Below are positions 58,978 through 64,000 of a stretch of DNA of 64,000 nucleotides, piece by piece. Location: contig OZ076409.1 in assembly GCA_964187785.1 (NCBI GenBank), positions 28,212,001-28,276,000 on the forward strand, in the 5' to 3' direction. Within the stretch, counting starts at the first letter, position 1, and every line of letters begins with the position of its first letter. The stretch is from Amphiscolops sp. MND2022 (lineage: Eukaryota). Both the position numbers and the translations under genes were made by a program. The notes below the pieces were generated by a model. It searched no databases, was not told the DNA's origin, and saw nothing but the letters and a program-made list of their open reading frames with translations.

Positions 58978-61900
58978 AGTAGAATAAATTAGGCCTTGCC
59001 CTAGTTAGTAAGATTAACGAACAGGGGTGTTGAATGTGATCAGTTATATTCAAAAGAGGTAAGAAGGAATGTAATACTGAATTGTAACTGTATCTAATAA
59101 TTTGTGTTTTGTTAAGATATACAGTAATCTTCAGTACTATGTTAGCAGGTACATTATGTAATATGGTCATAGACAGGATGATATCAAGTTATGTGATCTT
59201 ACATGACATTGTGACCTTTAGGTTTACCATGCTCGATTCTACATTCCCCCCTTTACGAGCCAGATTGTACAATCTGCTAACAATAACTCACAGGCTAATA
59301 CAGCATAAGTTTAAACAAAATAAAGTTATCGCACATACACTGATACATGAAAACGTTTTAGCTTTCATCACTTGAAAGTGTGATAAATAAACATAAAGTT
59401 CCAGGTAATACTTCTGGATCATCGCTCCTCCTCCGCTGTACTTGTCACCGGGTGTGACTTCGCGTGTTCTGCTTCTCCGTCCGGTCCTTTCTTATTCACT
59501 CTGTGGCTGGGTGAACTTCTCTTTGATTTTGTCAACGGTGTTTCCTGTAAACGTTAATGAGTTAACGGGTTTCCTAACCTTACTATTGGGTTATTTGTTC
59601 TTAGTCTTGAAGATCTTCTAATTGGTTGGTTATTATTACTATTTGTTTAGCTTGTGTTTGGAATTTCATTTATTTCTGTTTTTATATAACTTTCGTTACC
59701 ATTATTGTCAATGATTGTGGTGGTTGTTGAGTTCTCATTGATTGTCTCAAGAGCTTGTTTCAGTTGTTGTTCATTCGTGTTTTCCACATGAAGCTTCAGG
59801 TTGCCTGCTCCTGGTGACTTCGGTCCGCCCCTTCCGATCGGGGTTGGTGGTGTGAATTCGAACTCTTCGTCCATCTGCTCTGTCGATGTTTCTGCTACCG
59901 GTGTGCTTTCTTTTTCCCCCTCTTCTGATTGGGTTTTTTCTTCGTCAGTATCTTCCGTTTCCAGTGATGGTAGGGACATCTGAATGAATCGCCCGTCTAT
60001 TCCTCTCCTGTTATCCCCGCGGCGAGAGAGTGGGTTCTGAAATGAATTCGGTAGGGGTTTGCATACTAATTTTCGGTGTATTACTTTGTTTGTATCGGTT
60101 GTTATGGTAGGTTTTGTTCCAGCTACCGCTGTTTGTGGTTTTGTTTGGTATTCACTCTCGAATTTCTCTTTTGTTTGTCTTTTTTCCAAAAATTTGTATG
60201 GAAAGTTATTACTCACATCACATTTGAGTTTTCTGGGCGTCTTCATGATCACTTGGTCGTAGCCTCCTTTTCCATTATTAAAGGAGTATACTTGGAGGGT
60301 CTCCGGTTGGGCTGAAATAGATTCATTATTACCCGTTGGTAAGTTTAGATAGTTAGTAAGTTCCGTTCTTGGCTTTCTGCCGTAGTGTCTTTCAAATGGT
60401 GATTCTTTTGTTTTTGAATGGACGGTCATTCGCATCACCTTTAGTGATTGGTATAGTGCCTCGTTCAGATTACAATTATCTTGTAAGTTTGTTCGCATCA
60501 AATCTTTTAGGGTTTTTTAAACCTCTTTCGACTAGTCCTGTCGCTGTATGGATATATGGCGTACCATTTATTAGTTTTATATTTAAATTTTCACATGTTT
60601 GTCTAAATTCCTTTCCGGTAAAGGCAGTTCCTTTATCCGTTCTTATTGTCTGCGGGATCCCGTTTACTACAATGTATTGTTCTAAGAAGTTTTTTGCTGT
60701 TTTGCTATTAGGAGCTTCGCATATACATGCGGCCGGCCATCTACAATATCGGTCAATTTGTATCGGTCAGTATCATTTCGGTCAGTATCTTCCGTTTCCA
60801 GTGATGGTAGGGACATCTGAATGAATCGCCCGTCTATTCCTCTCCTGTTATCCCCGCGGCGAGAGAGTGGGTTCTGAAATGAATTCGGTAGGGGTTTGCA
60901 TACTAATTTTCGGTGTATTACTTTGTTTGTATCGGTTGTTATGGTAGGTTTTGTTCCAGCTACCGCTGTTTGTGGTTTTGTTTGGTATTCACTCTCGAAT
61001 TTGTCTTTTGTTTGTCTTTTTTCCAAAAATTTGTATGGAAAGTTATTACTCACATCACATTTGAGTTTTCTGGGCGTCTTCATGATCACTTGGTCGTAGC
61101 CTCCTTTTCCATTATTAAAGGAGTATACTTGGAGGGTCTCCGGTTGGGCTGAAATAGATTCATTATTACCCGTTGGTAAGTTTAGATAGTTAGTAAGTTC
61201 CGTTCTTGGCTTTCTGCCGTAGTGTCTTTCAAATGGTGATTCTTTTGTTTTTGAATGGACGGTCATTCGCATCACCTTTAGTGATTGGTATAGTGCCTCG
61301 TTCAGATTACAATTATCTTGTAAGTTTGTTCGCATCAAATCTTTTAGGGTTTTTTAAACCTCTTTCGACTAGTCCTGTCGCTGTATGGATATATGGCGTA
61401 CCATTTATTAGTTTTATATTTAAATTTTCACATGTTTGTCTAAATTCCTTTCCGGTAAAGGCAGTTCCTTTATCCGTTCTTATTGTCTGCGGGATCCCGT
61501 TTACTACAATGTATTGTTCTAAGAAGTTTTTTGCTGTTTTGCTATTAGGAGCTTCGCATATACATGCGGCCGGCCATCTACAATATCGGTCAATTGATAT
61601 GAGAAAATAGAATCTCCGGTGCTTAAATCTTATTGGTCCGACAAAGTCCAATTGAATTTCCTGAATTGGTTTTTCTGCCGGTGGTAAGTAGTTAATTTCG
61701 GTCATGGGTAATTGTGGTTTAATACTCTTACCTGACATCTTGCAGGGAATGCAATCATTGCATTTTGTTTGGATGTCCTTTGTCAGTTTAGGCCACCAGA
61801 ATGGGCGGGCATCGTGGCTCATTTTGTTGATTTCAGGGTGTTCTTTATGCAATAACATAATGACGGTTTTTCTAAGTGGTTTTGGTATTACTATTTTGTC

Positions 61901-64000
61901 GTCGTAAAAAACGACTCCAAATCGTGTCGAGAGGTTGTTTTTGTATTGTTTGTTTTCTTCAGGGATTTGTTCAAAATTTCTTCTCTCAAGGCAAACCAGT
62001 GTCTTTAGTAGCTTTTCATCATTGGTAGTTTCGTCTGCGATTGTTCGCAGGTCCGTTGAAAATTTTTCTTCAACTTGTCGTACAGTTTCTTCTAAATCCC
62101 ACTTGTCTTCATACTGTACTTTGCTCGCGGTTCCCATTTGTATGTATCTCAGACTGGTTGCGCCCAGATATCTTTTAAAGTTTATAGCCGGTACGGCTAT
62201 TGTTTGGTCTGAATCTGAAGACATTGTTTCCGTTTCGTCTCACTGGTCTACGTTTACGTTCTCTTCTTCGTACTGCGGTTGTTGTTGCTGCTGTGTAATG
62301 CTGCTGCTCGGGCCTGCTTCGTCTCGTTTAGGTAGATTTCTGATCCTCTCAATTACTCTGTGGAACTCTATTTTTCGTGCTGCTTCTTCCAGTGCTTCTT
62401 TATTATTCTTCTCCATTTTCTGCCAAATTAGTCTATTTCTCTTTTGCCATAAGTCTACTTCGATTCTCTTTAACTCAGCTCTCAATGTTCTCGGGGGTGC
62501 GTATTTTCTCCACTGTCCTTTGGTAAATCGATAATCGCCCGGTTCAGTAATTTCTCTCCATCTGCTGGTAAGTCGGAGTGTGTCTTCTGATGGATCATCT
62601 TTCTCGATGCTTTCAATTGTTTTAATGTCCATATTGATTGAACGGTGATCGAATTTGCGGTATGAATTGTTTGGTTCGCTCGTTTGCAAAGTTTGGAATG
62701 GCTTGCGTTCGTTTATCTGATTTATGGTGAGTGGTTGTTTGTTCACGCTTCTTGTCTGTGTTTTGCTTCGCGGTGTTGTTGTGCTTCGCGGTGTTGTTCT
62801 CCGTTTGCATCGTCGCTTTCTTTTCATCCGAGATGCTGCAATTCGTGTTAATGAACTCCAGTAGAGGTATTATGCAATTGATTACGTATTCTTCGTCGTA
62901 ATTCTCAATTGGTACCGGCTTTGCTACTGGGTTTCTACTTAAACAATCCGTCAAAGTCAAGTGTTTTCCAGCGATATGCTTCATGTTGATATCAAAGTGT
63001 GCCAATCTATCCAACCATCTTGTTAATGTTGCACTATAAGTTTTATTTGATGTATTCCTTTTAATTAGCGGCTCCAGTGCTTGGTGATCGGGAAGTATTT
63101 CAATTGGTTTTCCGTATATGTATAGGCGAAATTGTTCCCGTCCCCATACTACAGCTAACAATTCTAGTTCGTTTATTGCGTACTTTTCCTCCGTGTCCGA
63201 TAAAAATCTACTAGCGAATCCGATCGGCTTTATATTTCCATCTTTTTGTTTTTGCGATAATGTTGCCCCCAATCTTTTTGTACTGGCGTCCGTTGTTAGG
63301 ATATTTTCGTTATCGGCGTTAAACTCTGCTAGGCATGGCAGGTGTGTTATTAACTTTTTTAAGTTGTTAAACGCCTCCGTATGTTCTTGTGTCCAATTCC
63401 ATTCATTTTGTTTTTTCAGTAATTTTCTGAGGATATCTGTTTGTGCTGACAAGTTTTCTATGTATTTTGCCAGGTATTGGATTGCGTCCAAGAATGATTT
63501 TAGTTCTTTTCCGTTCTTTGGTTTTTCTATCTTTGTGATTGCTTCCAATTTGTCTTGTAGAGGTCTGATTCCGTTTTCGTCTATTCTATGTCCAATCCAT
63601 TCTGCCTCCTGTTTGAAGAATTCGCATTTGTTTGGGTGTAGTCTGTACCCGGCTTTTTCTAGCTTTTCCATTGTTTCTTTTACCTCCGCTTCATGTTTAT
63701 CTAATGTTCTTTTGGTTACGATTATGATATCGTGCAACCAAGCGTGCTGTTTGAATTCTAGTGTTTTGTCTATCCGTTCCTGGAAAATGGTTGGTATGTC
63801 TGCCAGTCCGTAGAATCCTTTGAGGAAACGGTAGTATCCCGTGAATTCTCCTCTTGTAATGGTGAATATGCAGAGATATTTTGTTTCAGCGTCAAGTTTG
63901 ATTTGTCCATATGCGTAATCAAAATCTAGTTTTGTTAGCCATATTTCGCCTTCTTTTTCTTCAGATATTTTTCGTGATATTCTCGATATCAGTTCTTCCA
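58978..64000 (-). mobile_element. Gypsy LTR retrotransposon, 3' part (RT-RH-IN, frameshifted), 3' LTR 58978-59243
   Basis: RT (GFYGLADIPTIFQ, WLHDII), RNase H (TTDAS..ELELLAVVW), integrase (H..H..CIPC, LDFVGP, RTDKG, GLVER), PPT AAAGGGGGGAA, LTR TGTAGAAT...ATTCTACT. Confidence 0.92.
59944..61595. repeat. 815 bp tandem duplication inside the integrase region with 22 bp filler
   Basis: 59944-60758 matches 60781-61595 (period 837, one substitution seen). Confidence 0.96.

Overview
A transposon-dense, AT-rich eukaryotic window, most likely from an invertebrate animal (spliced genes with GT-AG introns, LTR, LINE and DNA transposons). The main feature is an intact, young 18.9 kb Ty3/Gypsy LTR retrotransposon on the minus strand (13393-32299; 720 bp LTRs with only 2 differences seen). 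Its uninterrupted ~3,140-3,180 aa Gag-Pol carries unusual extra modules: a degenerate second protease, a dUTPase-like segment, and after the integrase an AT-hook, a Cys cluster and two TARG1/OARD1-like macrodomains. A second ~1,426 aa ORF sits in the env position behind a splice acceptor and contains a degenerate SGNH-hydrolase-like domain. The window opens with the 3' part of another LTR element carrying a decayed chuvirus-G-like (class III fusogen) env and several accessory ORF remnants. Also present are two smaller decayed Gypsy elements (one with an 815 bp tandem duplication), a Merlin/ISXO2 transposase pseudogene, a LINE fragment nested in a Mutator-like element, many MITEs, palindromes and minisatellites, and two host genes: a hemopexin-repeat gene (+) and a CHST-like carbohydrate sulfotransferase (-). 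All domain assignments are by-eye motif recognition; no database searches were run.
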